Assembly (NCBI GenBank): GCA_964572035.1
Contig: CAZNDX010000002.1
Span: forward strand, 144,056-208,055
Length of the DNA: 64,000 bases
Reading direction: 5' to 3'
Origin: an uncultured Methanosarcinales archaeon
Lineage (GTDB): Archaea; Nanobdellota; Nanobdellia; Woesearchaeales; ARS49
Shown: piece after piece, positions 9,836-19,734 of the stretch
How the letters are laid out: every line of letters begins with the position of its first letter
Numbering within the stretch: position 1 is the stretch's first letter
The notes under the pieces: model-generated
What the model was told of the DNA's origin: nothing
What the model saw: only the letters and a program-made list of their open reading frames with translations
The model's database searches: none
Program-made: the position numbers and the translations under genes

Positions 9836-10490
9836 CTGCTGCCCAAACGGCAATATAGGACCGCACGAAAAAATTCACGCCACACAATTTGTTTCAATAA
9901 TGATCATATTGATGGGGTTGCTTTTTTTGGCGGTAAATAACATTTCTTACCTAAAACCATTTTCCACATACCTCGTTTATCTATCAATATCAACCTTAAT
10001 TGTCACTCTGGCGCTGATTTATTTCAGCACGCAAAAAGGAAACATAACCTCAATGACAGGAATGATGGTGGGAATGACAATAGGCATGATAGCCGGATTC
10101 CTGCTTGGCGGAGCGTTCGCGCTACTAAACGGCTACTTTTTTGGAACAATAATAGGAATGACACTTGGCTGTCTGTTCGGCGCTTACGCCGGCAAACGAA
10201 CAGGAGTAATGGGAGTAATGGAAGGACTAATGGCAGGAGCGATGGGAGGCAGCATGGGAGCAATGCTCACAATAATGATGCCTATCGACAAAGTGCCATA
10301 CTTCATGCCATTTTTTATCGGCGTTAACTTCATAATTTTGGTCGGACTCTGCTACCTAATCTGCAGATACTGCGGAGACTGCGAAAAAAGAAAACACAAC
10401 TTCTTCAAAACCTTAATGATTTGCGCGGCAATTTTAATCGCGCTTATTTCTCTCGCGATAACACTGCCAAAAAACATAGCAATAATTTAG
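9819..10490 (+). CDS. Met/Gly-rich polytopic membrane protein with N-terminal CC and C-terminal CxYCGDC cysteines (possible copper-handling partner of MCO)
   Basis: MTGMMVGMTIGM...MGVMEGLMAGAMGGSMGAM segments; overlaps MCO stop by 17 nt. Confidence 0.6.
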   Translation: MTNTPDCCPNGNIGPHEKIHATQFVSIMIILMGLLFLAVNNISYLKPFSTYLVYLSISTLIVTLALIYFSTQKGNITSMTGMMVGMTIGMIAGFLLGGAFALLNGYFFGTIIGMTLGCLFGAYAGKRTGVMGVMEGLMAGAMGGSMGAMLTIMMPIDKVPYFMPFFIGVNFIILVGLCYLICRYCGDCEKRKHNFFKTLMICAAILIALISLAITLPKNIAII

Positions 10491-10510
10491 AAATCGCCCG
10501 GGCGGTGATG

Positions 10511-11368
10511 CTAATGCTGTTTTCCAACAATTTCGTAAAACGCGTCGAAAACATTCATACCTGTATCAAAACTGTAGAATTTAACCCCTGCTTCCTCGCA
10601 CGCGTGCTTAACTTTCTGAATATGGTCACTCAACATTTGAGTGTATTGTTTTCTCGCGTAAGGATTCATAAAAGTTCTCAAAGTGTCGCCAGTTTCCAAA
10701 TCGCGTAATTTATAGTCGCCCTCAAGCTCCAAATTTCGCTCAAGCTTGTCAAGAACCTGAATAAAAATTGTCGTGTGATTTTTGAAATACGCCAAACTGC
10801 GTTTAATTTCTTCAATAGGATACAAAAAGTCGCTAATAACAACAACATATGCCCTGGAGCCGATAAGCTTTCTGTAACCGCTCAATGAGCCCTGAAGATT
10901 CGATAAACCTGTAGCCCGCTTCTTGTTGAGAAACTCAACCATCGCCATAAGTTGGGCGCGACCTTTTTTTGGCTTGAAAACTTCCAATTCGTTAGCGAAA
11001 GTTGACATAACAAACTTCTCGTTGTTCTTCAAAGCGAGATAAGCGAAACCAATTCCTAGCATACCGCCATAATGCGCTTTGCTAACTGACGAGCCAAACT
11101 GCATACTTCCAGAATAGTCCATAATTACGTGAACAGTAAGATTGCGCTCCTCCTCGTAGCGCTTGACGTACAACCTGTCAGTTCTCGCGAAAACACGCCA
11201 GTCAACAGAACGAAAATCCTCGCCCGGCTCATATTGAATATGATCCTTGAAAATCAAACCCTTGCCAGTCGCCTTGGAAAAACGCTCACCAACATAATTA
11301 GAAGTAATTCTCTTGTTAACAATCAAGCTAAACCTGTCAAGCTGCTTCAAAAATTCAGTCGTTATCAT
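10511..11368 (-). CDS. DUF58-domain protein (MoxR-associated vWA-like)
   Basis: GERFSKATGKGLIFKDHIQYEPGEDFRSVDWRVFARTDRLYVKRYEEERN...VIMDYSGSM is the canonical DUF58 N-terminal region. Confidence 0.85.
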   Translation of the reverse strand: MITTEFLKQLDRFSLIVNKRITSNYVGERFSKATGKGLIFKDHIQYEPGEDFRSVDWRVFARTDRLYVKRYEEERNLTVHVIMDYSGSMQFGSSVSKAHYGGMLGIGFAYLALKNNEKFVMSTFANELEVFKPKKGRAQLMAMVEFLNKKRATGLSNLQGSLSGYRKLIGSRAYVVVISDFLYPIEEIKRSLAYFKNHTTIFIQVLDKLERNLELEGDYKLRDLETGDTLRTFMNPYARKQYTQMLSDHIQKVKHACEEAGVKFYSFDTGMNVFDAFYEIVGKQH

Positions 11369-11388
11369 ATGAAAATAAAATAACTAAA

Positions 11389-12330
11389 TTACTTTAGTAG
11401 CTGTTTGATGACATCATCAACGTGCAAGCCCTGTCTCTCAGCCTCAAAGCTCAAAATAATTCTGTGACGCAGCACTGGGAAAGCCATCTTGTAAATATCG
11501 TCCTTGCTGACAAACTTTCTGCCCTCAATTAATGCGCGCGCTTTCGCGGCCAAAATAAGACCAATACTCGCTCTAGGAGACGCTCCAAACTCAATAAGGT
11601 CTTTTTTCTGACGGGTCTTCGCAACAAGCTCAATGGCGTGCTTTTTGATGTCATTCGCGATAGGAATTTGCCTCGTCATATTTTGAAGGAAAACAAGATT
11701 GTCCTTGTTCAAAACAGGCTTAAGCTGAACCTTCTTGCTGCTCTCAGCGACACGGCTAACGATTTCCATTTCTTCATCAAACGAAGGGTATTCAACTTTA
11801 ATCTTCAACAAGAAACGGTCGGCCTGCGCCTCAGGAAGCGGATAGGTACCTTCCTGCTCAATCGGGTTCTGAGTCGCAAGGACAAAGAAAGGCTCATCTA
11901 ATTTGTACGTGGCGTTGCCCACGGTAACCTGCTTTTCCTGCATTGCCTCCAACATAGCGGACTGAGTCTTAGGAGTAGCTCTGTTAATTTCGTCCGCGAG
12001 CACAATGTTCGCGAAAATTGGACCCGGCTGGAACTTGAAATTTCGCTTTCCAGACGTGGTTTCCTCAATAACGTAAGTACCAGTAATATCTGACGGCATA
12101 AGGTCAGGCGTGTTCTGAATACGTGAAAATTTGAGGTCAAGAAGCTGAGAGAGAGTTCTAATTGTCAAGGTTTTAGCTAGACCTGGGTAACCTTCAAGCA
12201 AAGCGTGAGAATCCGCAAGAAGCGCGCAGTTAACCTGCTTCAACATTTCCTGCTGTCCAACGACAACTTTACCCATCTCGCTAAAAACGTAATCAAATGT
12301 CTTTTTCGCATCCTCAAGGCGCATATTCAA
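11389..12330 (-). CDS. MoxR-family AAA+ ATPase
   Basis: VVGQQEM...LLEGYPGLAKT (Walker A), VLADEINRA (Walker B), MQEKQVTV; typical ~310-aa MoxR. Confidence 0.9.
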   Translation of the reverse strand: MNMRLEDAKKTFDYVFSEMGKVVVGQQEMLKQVNCALLADSHALLEGYPGLAKTLTIRTLSQLLDLKFSRIQNTPDLMPSDITGTYVIEETTSGKRNFKFQPGPIFANIVLADEINRATPKTQSAMLEAMQEKQVTVGNATYKLDEPFFVLATQNPIEQEGTYPLPEAQADRFLLKIKVEYPSFDEEMEIVSRVAESSKKVQLKPVLNKDNLVFLQNMTRQIPIANDIKKHAIELVAKTRQKKDLIEFGASPRASIGLILAAKARALIEGRKFVSKDDIYKMAFPVLRHRIILSFEAERQGLHVDDVIKQLLK

Positions 12331-12390
12331 TCCCTCTTTACCGGTTTTTTAATGGTCCATTCATATATAAATATTGTGACTCTGTGAATA

Positions 12391-13218
12391 TTATGAAGTC
12401 TTGGTGATCTCAGTAAAGTAAGTCTTAACGATCTTCTGATACTGCTTTGGAATGTCGTCTTGATAGCTGGCGTCGCTTTGCGCCAATATCTCCCTAGGAG
12501 GCACTTCACGGAAGCTTCTCTCTTCAGGATCTCTCACCTTGCCAATAACAACATCGCTTTTGAGAGGATTAAGCTGCAAGTCAAGTTGCTGTTTTCCAAG
12601 CTCATTGATGCTTTTCTCGCCCAAAATTTCGCTCAAGTTGGTTCCTTCCTCATACTCAAGCAATTCTTCGTTGATGTCATATTCACCGGGGCGGAAATCA
12701 CGAATTTCCTTCACAGCGTCGCCAATATCCAAAAATTTGACGTTAAACGCCGAAGAACCAATAATAATGAACGAAACAACAAGCATAACTATAAGCTCCC
12801 TTGAAAGGCGGCCAAAATCCAAAAAGTAAGAAGTTCTAATCTCCTTCATCATCAGTAAAACTTCAGCGTTAAGCTGCTCAACAACAGGATTATCATCCTT
12901 CCAATTGTCCGCGACAGTTGTTAAACGCTCTTTGAGAGCAGGAACACGCTCCTCAATCTTGGCAAAGGAAACCTGCTGCAAATTGCCCCTAGTGTGAATA
13001 ATCGCGTAAGCAAAAGCGGGAACAACCGCGTACCAATTCGGCAACGTGAACAAAAGGCAAACAAGCAAGCCAAGAAGATAAACAACCAAAGTATCAACTG
13101 CTGAGGTCAAAATAGCGATTTGCATTAAAGTAGAATGCGCCTCTTTTAGAGCCAGACCAATGGGTTTTCTCTGAGGTTTGGCTTTCACATTCACCGCTTT
13201 TTTATCCACAGGAGTCAT
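12391..13218 (-). CDS. membrane protein of MoxR/Bat-like cluster
   Basis: 275 aa with several TM helices; placed between MoxR and vWA genes. Confidence 0.55.
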   Translation of the reverse strand: MTPVDKKAVNVKAKPQRKPIGLALKEAHSTLMQIAILTSAVDTLVVYLLGLLVCLLFTLPNWYAVVPAFAYAIIHTRGNLQQVSFAKIEERVPALKERLTTVADNWKDDNPVVEQLNAEVLLMMKEIRTSYFLDFGRLSRELIVMLVVSFIIIGSSAFNVKFLDIGDAVKEIRDFRPGEYDINEELLEYEEGTNLSEILGEKSINELGKQQLDLQLNPLKSDVVIGKVRDPEERSFREVPPREILAQSDASYQDDIPKQYQKIVKTYFTEITKTS

Positions 13219-13737
13219 TTAACAAGTACACTGCGCTTTGGCAGCCTCACAAGAATCGCGCTGCTGTTTGTACTGGTCCCGCAGGTCTTCACAAACATCA
13301 AGTTTGGTGTCAAGCTGGGCGTTTTCAGCAGTCAAAGCGTTAACCTGATCTTTTTTCGCGCTAAGCTCATTTTGGGTATCGCGAAGAAGCATTTCGCTAT
13401 TTTCGAGCTCTTCTTCAAGCTGTTCAGCAGTCATTTCAAGCTGTTTTTTCTGAGTCGCAAGCTGTTCAGCAGTGGTCTTAACCTCTGAAAACTGCTCTCC
13501 GAGCTTTTCCTCACGCTCCTCCTTAACTGAAATCTCAGACTCAAGTTTGCTCAGCAATGTTTGCTTGGTTTCAAGGTCTTTGCTGATTTTATTAAGTTCT
13601 GCCAACTTTGAATTATACTCCTCATTAATTCTATCAAAATTAGACTGGAAGAACACAGTCGCCGCGACAAGACTCGTCGAGCTAAGAACTATCAAAAAAA
13701 GCAAAATCATATTCGCGTTTTTAGTAATGAACGCCAT
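13219..13737 (-). CDS. N-terminally anchored coiled-coil protein ending in Cys-rich CEAAKAQCTC
   Basis: One TM then a long heptad-like E/K/L/Q-rich sequence; adjacent stop/start with neighbours. Confidence 0.55.
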   Translation of the reverse strand: MAFITKNANMILLFLIVLSSTSLVAATVFFQSNFDRINEEYNSKLAELNKISKDLETKQTLLSKLESEISVKEEREEKLGEQFSEVKTTAEQLATQKKQLEMTAEQLEEELENSEMLLRDTQNELSAKKDQVNALTAENAQLDTKLDVCEDLRDQYKQQRDSCEAAKAQCTC

Positions 13738-13738
13738 A

Positions 13739-16126
13739 TTACTCTTTTCTCACCACTCTTCTTATAAATATTTCCACAAGATAAATAATTATCGCAAGAG
13801 CGATAAACGGCCATCTCAAATATTCCCTTGAATTAATGACTCTCTTCGCCTTGGTCTTCGCGAAATCAGCAATACCATCGTAATCAGACGCGTCAAACAT
13901 TTTTCCGCCTGTTGAAGCCACAATTCTCGCAAGCTCAGGATTGATTCCAACTTCCTCATATTCGCGCTCATAATTTACCGCGAAAGAAGTTCCCGCAACC
14001 TCCTGGAAGCCAACTTCTTTTGGAATTAAACTGCCAGTGTAAATGTCTTCATCAATCTTGTAAAAGGTAACGCCCTCGGCGACAGGAGGAATTTCGCTTT
14101 TGACAGTAATCTCGGCAGGCTCGCCAAGACGGGTATCCTTAACATCAATGAAACTTGCGCTCTTTCTTTCAGGGTCGCCAATCGCCCAATTCATAGTTCT
14201 CGCGATAAGTTTGCTGCCCTGCGCCCCAAGCAAAGAACCAGCCCATTTGCTTCCGTCATCGGTGGAAACAGCGGCAACACGGCCAAGACCAAGCCTCCAA
14301 ACTGTAAGAACTGGGTCGCCGGTTGAAGTAACCGCTAGAAGACGTCCCGCGCCCTTTGGAGACACTTGGTTGAAACCATATAAGGTTGAGTTTGGTTCAA
14401 GACCTGAGGTTATAAAGTGGTTTTTGTTAAGTATTACCAATTCCATTTGACCGGACTCAGGCAAATTTTCATCAGTAGGGCCAAAGATAATGTTTAATCT
14501 CGACTCCTCAGTAGCCCTAAAGTAAATTCCGTTGGTCAGTTCGGCGATGTCAATCATAGTTTGCTCATCAGTTGTCGGACCAACGCCAACAGTGTAAATC
14601 TTAATTCCCGCGTTCGCGGCATACCTCGCAGCCTCATAAGCGGCAGCAGTGCCCTGCGTTTTGCCGTCGGACAACAAAACAATATTCTTACTGCCGGCGT
14701 AATCACCAATAACGCTAACAGCCTTCAAAATACCGGCAGCGATATTTGTTCCGCCTCCAAAATTAATTCTGCTAATCAAATCATCAACACCCTGCTTCTG
14801 GAAAACAGGAGTAGGCTCGGACAACAAGTACGCTTGAGTATTGAAAGCCAAAACTGCAACTCTGGTGTCAAGCTTAACACCTTGCATGATTCCTATCGCA
14901 GCAGCTTTTTCAAAATCAGCCGTACTGGCAAACCTTCCGAACGGAGCTCCAGCGGAACCTGAAATATCCATAACAATCGCGATAACAACATCTCCTTCAT
15001 CCTTCTCGGGCGCGCCAACAACAACAGGAAGCATAGTCTCAAACAAACTATTGCGATAACCTCCCTTATCATAAGAGTGCTCACCGCCGAATACAACCAT
15101 TCCGTTGCCATCAGCGACGAAATCATTCAGAACATCAGTCGCCGAATTCATCTCCTGCGCGGTCCTGTCGTTAACAACAACAGCGTAATAATTCGCCAAT
15201 GAAGCGGGCAAAGTTGTAGCAACATCAACCACGAAAAGCTGGTCAAGCAAAGTCTTCAACGGACTTCCACTTTCAGAAAGCATCAAAACCCTCGGCCTTG
15301 GAACAACCTTAATCGTCATATAAAACGCGTTATTGTTCGGGAAATAATCATTGGACTCAATTCTCGCCGTAATTTTGTGAATGCCCGGCGTTAAACGCCT
15401 CGTGAAAGAAACAACAGGCTCAGTGGTCAACTGATTGTGAATAGTTTCCCCATCAAGCTGAACAACAAGAGGGACGCTTTGAATATTTCCAACACGGTTT
15501 AGAAGGACCGAAAACGAAGCGTCAGAACCTTCCAAAACTTTCGCCGGGCCAACCATCGCCACAGAAACATCATCCTTAATCGCGTTCAGATTAACTGCGT
15601 TAATCGTCGCGTTAACCTTGGACGCGTAAAGGGCAACGTCACCCAAATCAGCGCCACTGTTAACGTTACCATCTGAAACCAGCAAAATACTTCCGTGCGA
15701 CTCCAAATTTTGCAAAACAGAATCGCCAATATTCGAAATTGTGCCCTGGCCAACAGTTTTACTCTCAGTATTCATCCTGTTTTTCAGGCCACTGACGAGA
15801 TTACTGGAAACATCTTGGAAAACAGACATAGAAGTGCTGTTGTCAGTTAACACTTGAATGAACGGGTCACCTTCGATAATTTTCTCAGTCTCAATAAAGG
15901 GAGACGAGAGAGCGACAAGTAGCAAGAAAATCATCATAATACGGGTAAACATCATGATCTTGCGCGTCTTTCTCTTGGAAGCTCGAGATTCCGCGTCATC
16001 TCTCACTTCAATGAAAGTTTTTTTCAACATCCAAACAAGCAAAGGAATAGCAGGAATAATCAGCAGAACTACCCAAGGATGCTCGAAATACTGATAGACA
16101 ACTCTTAAAACATCAGTAAGGCTCAC
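13739..16126 (-). CDS. large vWA-domain membrane protein (BatA/BatB-like)
   Basis: N-terminal two TM helices, vWA MIDAS-like IAIVMDISGSAG; 795 aa. Confidence 0.8.
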   Translation of the reverse strand: MSLTDVLRVVYQYFEHPWVVLLIIPAIPLLVWMLKKTFIEVRDDAESRASKRKTRKIMMFTRIMMIFLLLVALSSPFIETEKIIEGDPFIQVLTDNSTSMSVFQDVSSNLVSGLKNRMNTESKTVGQGTISNIGDSVLQNLESHGSILLVSDGNVNSGADLGDVALYASKVNATINAVNLNAIKDDVSVAMVGPAKVLEGSDASFSVLLNRVGNIQSVPLVVQLDGETIHNQLTTEPVVSFTRRLTPGIHKITARIESNDYFPNNNAFYMTIKVVPRPRVLMLSESGSPLKTLLDQLFVVDVATTLPASLANYYAVVVNDRTAQEMNSATDVLNDFVADGNGMVVFGGEHSYDKGGYRNSLFETMLPVVVGAPEKDEGDVVIAIVMDISGSAGAPFGRFASTADFEKAAAIGIMQGVKLDTRVAVLAFNTQAYLLSEPTPVFQKQGVDDLISRINFGGGTNIAAGILKAVSVIGDYAGSKNIVLLSDGKTQGTAAAYEAARYAANAGIKIYTVGVGPTTDEQTMIDIAELTNGIYFRATEESRLNIIFGPTDENLPESGQMELVILNKNHFITSGLEPNSTLYGFNQVSPKGAGRLLAVTSTGDPVLTVWRLGLGRVAAVSTDDGSKWAGSLLGAQGSKLIARTMNWAIGDPERKSASFIDVKDTRLGEPAEITVKSEIPPVAEGVTFYKIDEDIYTGSLIPKEVGFQEVAGTSFAVNYEREYEEVGINPELARIVASTGGKMFDASDYDGIADFAKTKAKRVINSREYLRWPFIALAIIIYLVEIFIRRVVRKE

Positions 16127-17934
16127 AAGTCACCCCTCCACTTAATGAAAAACACCTCAAACAAAAGAAAAACAAGCGCGATAACGATGAGCCAAATCGT
16201 CCAAGGAAACTCACGAGTCTCCTTAACCGGCAAAAGCTCATAATCAGCACTCTTTGTACCAACATCACGCTTCATATTTATAGAAGATTCCAAATCACTA
16301 AGCAAACTAGCGGTTACAATGTAATCCTTAAGCTCGTAAGCTCCAGAATCGTCCATAACAATAGCTGAACGAACAACAGTCCTCTTCGGAGTCACAACTC
16401 GCTGTTCGTTGTCCAAGATTAAGGTATGGCCGGTTTTGAAATTAAGATTTCTAACATCCTGCCTTTCAGTCAAAGATTTCAAAAGCTCAGTCCAAAAAAT
16501 AGGGTAATGAGGAGAGTATCTAAACTCGCTAGCTTCAGGAATACCGAAATAAACAACCTTCCCCGCGCCAACAGGCTTAATCGAAACCACAGGAATTTCA
16601 TTAATTGAAGCTATAACTGTCTGCTCCCCGACAGGTTCGGCCCTGAAAACCTGCTCTGAAGCGCCAAATTCGACATTTTTTGTAAACGTGTTCAACTGGT
16701 CAATCTGAATAAAACCGCCATCAACCTTAGGGCCAAGCTTCACAGGAAGCAAACCCTCGTAATCTATACCGCCTGAATCTTCCTGCATCGCGACAACCGC
16801 TGACGCGCCATTCTCAACCTGCCTCAAAACGTCGCCGAAAGTTCCAGGCAAAACTTTGCCAACACTGACGAGATCAACAACAATAACCTCATAATTACCG
16901 TCTTCGATAACAGGAGGCTCTGAAATAGTAAGGTCAATTTCACCGGAAGCGATAAGCGCGTTTTTCAAAAAAGAAGTCGCGTTGTTAGTAATAAGAAGAA
17001 CTTTCGCTTTGCCACCGGCGGGAGCTGAAAGATACGCCACATTATCCGCAGCGAAATCATCGTTAACATCAATCTCGATTTTGGTAACGCCAGGAGGAGT
17101 CTGGAAAGTAAAAGTCTCAACGCTGTTTGGATTGATGTTTAATGTGGTTTTGGACGAGCCAACCGCAAGAGGAACTGAAACTCTCTGCTCCTCGAAATTT
17201 TTAACGTGGACTGTCGTCTGCGCGTTGCCCGCCTCAAGCTCAATAATTCCAATATTTCTAGCAGGAGACTCGGCGACGTTAATGAAATCAACAACCAATC
17301 CTTTGTTTTCGAGAACGGTTTTAGCAATGTCTGGGTCTTGTCCGCCCGTGTTTATGAAGTCGCTAAGAACAACAACTCTGCCCTCACTGCCAAGAGTTTC
17401 ACCGGCAAGAATAACAGCTTCACCGATCTTTGAAGTAGATTCAGTGGGAGCGGCGCTCGCCAAATATTTCAAAGCGTCGTCAGGGGAGGCGTCTTGAACC
17501 GCAATAAACGGAGTTTCCTTTGCAAGAATAATTGTATTCTTTGAACCAAGAACTTTTCTCGCTTGAGACATTGCAAGATCAAAACGAGTAGAAGAGCCAA
17601 CCTTGGCCTGCATACTCCCGCTAACGTCAAGAACAACAACAGTGTTGGACGCGGTAACATCGTGCTGGTACATATTGAACGGGTCCGAGAAAGTCAAAGC
17701 AAGAGCTAAAAGCAGGAGCAACTGGATAAGGAAAAGCCAGTCTTTAGTAAACTGCTTAAGAAAACTAGTCAATTTTCTTGCGCCGTTAGACTTCATAAAA
17801 AACATCAAACTGGGAATTTGAAGCTGTTTAGGCCTTGGACGAATAAGATAGAGTAAAATCAGGGGAACAAGCGCAAGAAGAGCCCAAAGCCCCTGCGGAT
17901 TACCAATTGTTATAGGACCTAACGTTAACGCCAT
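16123..17934 (-). CDS. vWA-domain membrane protein (BatA-like), start refined to MALTLGPITIGNPQG
   Basis: VVVLDVSGSMQA...STRFDLA vWA motif, C-terminal TM anchor; the ORF-track N-terminal 53 aa lack protein character and the ATG at 17934 gives the typical BatA N-terminus. Confidence 0.8.
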   Translation of the reverse strand: MALTLGPITIGNPQGLWALLALVPLILLYLIRPRPKQLQIPSLMFFMKSNGARKLTSFLKQFTKDWLFLIQLLLLLALALTFSDPFNMYQHDVTASNTVVVLDVSGSMQAKVGSSTRFDLAMSQARKVLGSKNTIILAKETPFIAVQDASPDDALKYLASAAPTESTSKIGEAVILAGETLGSEGRVVVLSDFINTGGQDPDIAKTVLENKGLVVDFINVAESPARNIGIIELEAGNAQTTVHVKNFEEQRVSVPLAVGSSKTTLNINPNSVETFTFQTPPGVTKIEIDVNDDFAADNVAYLSAPAGGKAKVLLITNNATSFLKNALIASGEIDLTISEPPVIEDGNYEVIVVDLVSVGKVLPGTFGDVLRQVENGASAVVAMQEDSGGIDYEGLLPVKLGPKVDGGFIQIDQLNTFTKNVEFGASEQVFRAEPVGEQTVIASINEIPVVSIKPVGAGKVVYFGIPEASEFRYSPHYPIFWTELLKSLTERQDVRNLNFKTGHTLILDNEQRVVTPKRTVVRSAIVMDDSGAYELKDYIVTASLLSDLESSINMKRDVGTKSADYELLPVKETREFPWTIWLIVIALVFLLFEVFFIKWRGDL

Positions 17935-18024
17935 CCTCTCTTTTACACCGCTTTTCTCAAGCCGTCCTGCATTTATATAGTTTGTGCAACAAAAGAGTTT
18001 ATAAATCTGGAAAATACAACAAAT

Positions 18025-18741
18025 TTGATGGTGAGGGAAGACTACGTATTTAGACAACCCAATGGAGAAAAAGGAATTTACGAAGAATTCCATACGGGTT
18101 CTGCGGTATTCTACTCAATAGCCAGAGAAAGTAAAACCGCGATGCTCGCGTTCGGGCTGTCGGAAATCCCACTGTTCGCGCGAATTTTGGCGAATTATGA
18201 AAAACTGCCGATAAAATACAAAGGCGATGTAGACTGCTTTGACATATTCTTAGGTCCAATTGAAGTAACAATTCCAGACTTAAAAGAAACATTGGAAGAA
18301 AGAACTCACCTTCAAAGAAGCCTGCAACAATGCGACGCGGGCAATTATTTGAACAGAGAAGTAGCGTATCTAAATTTGGGAGACTCGATAGAAAAATACG
18401 CGGACGCGTTTGAAACACAATGTCAAATCCATACTTGCAGAACATTTAGCGATATCCCAACTTCAGACCTTCGAGCGTACTTTAAAGCGTTTATATTAAA
18501 ACCCTTAAACTATTCGCAAACAGAACAAGGAAAAACAGGATTACTTATGGACTTTGAACGATTCATGGAAACATATCCTGTAAGCGAGCATGTAAAAATA
18601 TTCTGCGAGGAAGCCTACAAAAACCCAAAATCAAGCGTTCTAACATATTACTCAAGAATTTTTGAGGACATAAAGAAAGAAAAATACGAAAAAGTAAGCG
18701 ACAGACTCAAAAAAGTCAGTTCGCGTTTGCAATCCGTTTAG
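18025..18741 (+). CDS. hypothetical protein
   Basis: 238-aa ORF, no motif recognised; convergent with cbf5 and overlapping its 3' end. Confidence 0.45.
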   Translation: MMVREDYVFRQPNGEKGIYEEFHTGSAVFYSIARESKTAMLAFGLSEIPLFARILANYEKLPIKYKGDVDCFDIFLGPIEVTIPDLKETLEERTHLQRSLQQCDAGNYLNREVAYLNLGDSIEKYADAFETQCQIHTCRTFSDIPTSDLRAYFKAFILKPLNYSQTEQGKTGLLMDFERFMETYPVSEHVKIFCEEAYKNPKSSVLTYYSRIFEDIKKEKYEKVSDRLKKVSSRLQSV

Positions 18742-19711
18742 GATATACATTCGGACGCATAAATACTCTGTTAATCTTAACGCACATTCCCTTTTGCTCT
18801 TTGAAAATCTGCTCGGAATTAATAAACGAATTTCCAAGAGCGACAAGCTCGCCCTTTAATGACATAACCGCGACAAGGTCGCTCTTTTGGATACCGGAGT
18901 GCAATCTGACAACACCAGGAACATTTAAACTCGCCCCGTGGCAAATGCTGTCAATAGCTGAATCGTGAATCCACACTTTAGGCAAATGATCAACTGCGAT
19001 TTCCATAGGCTTCACGCAATGGCGCAAAAACTTCTCATTGTTTTCTTCTTTCCAAAACGCGTAAGCGTCTTCCAAATCCTGCAAAGTAACCCACGTCTTG
19101 TCGGAAAAAGGACCTGCCTTAGTTCTAATCAGCTCAGACATATGCGCTCCGCAGCCAAGCATCTCGCCGACATCGTGGCAGACTTTTCTGACATAAGTCC
19201 CGGCTTCACAACCCATTTTGAACAAAACGTCACGGCCGTCAATCTCCAAAATATCAAGATAGTAAACTTCACGCTCGCGCTCCTTTCTGACAACGGCGGA
19301 CTTCACCGGAGGAAGCTGAGTGATTTTGCCAACAAACTCCCTCATAACTTCGCGAATTTTTTCCTCAGGAACGTCATCGTGAACGTGCATAATGCAAACG
19401 TATTCCTTTCCTGCCGGCAAAAGGGCCTGCGTAACTCTTGTAGCGCTTCCCAACGCGACTGGAAGAACACCAGTAACCGCGGGGTCAAGCGTTCCACTGT
19501 GGCCGGTTTTCTCAACGTGAAGAATTCTTTTAACATAATCAGCAACCATATGAGACGTAGGACCTTTAGGCTTGTTCAAACAGACAATGCCTGAATCAAG
19601 CAAATCAGGAATTTTTCTCTTGAAAGGATCACAGCCGAATTTTGGGTCGGAGACAGCATCAGTCTTGACAAGAATTTCACGCTTCACGTTTTCAAAAGGA
19701 AGATTAGTCAT
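18716..19711 (-). CDS. cbf5: tRNA/rRNA pseudouridine synthase Cbf5 (TruB family with PUA domain)
   Basis: GIVCLNKPKGPTSHMVADYVKRILHVEKTGHSGTLDPAVTGVLPVALGSATR is the TruB catalytic core; C-terminal PUA-like segment. Confidence 0.9.
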   Translation of the reverse strand: MTNLPFENVKREILVKTDAVSDPKFGCDPFKRKIPDLLDSGIVCLNKPKGPTSHMVADYVKRILHVEKTGHSGTLDPAVTGVLPVALGSATRVTQALLPAGKEYVCIMHVHDDVPEEKIREVMREFVGKITQLPPVKSAVVRKEREREVYYLDILEIDGRDVLFKMGCEAGTYVRKVCHDVGEMLGCGAHMSELIRTKAGPFSDKTWVTLQDLEDAYAFWKEENNEKFLRHCVKPMEIAVDHLPKVWIHDSAIDSICHGASLNVPGVVRLHSGIQKSDLVAVMSLKGELVALGNSFINSEQIFKEQKGMCVKINRVFMRPNVYPKRIANAN

Positions 19712-19734
19712 AAAATAAAATCACAGAGGCGTCA

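Noticed and set aside
17935-18093. N-terminal 53-aa extension of the BatA-like vWA gene in the ORF track
   Set aside because: The extension is Cys/Phe-rich non-protein-like sequence; ATG at 17934 yields the canonical BatA N-terminus MALTLGPITIGNPQG.
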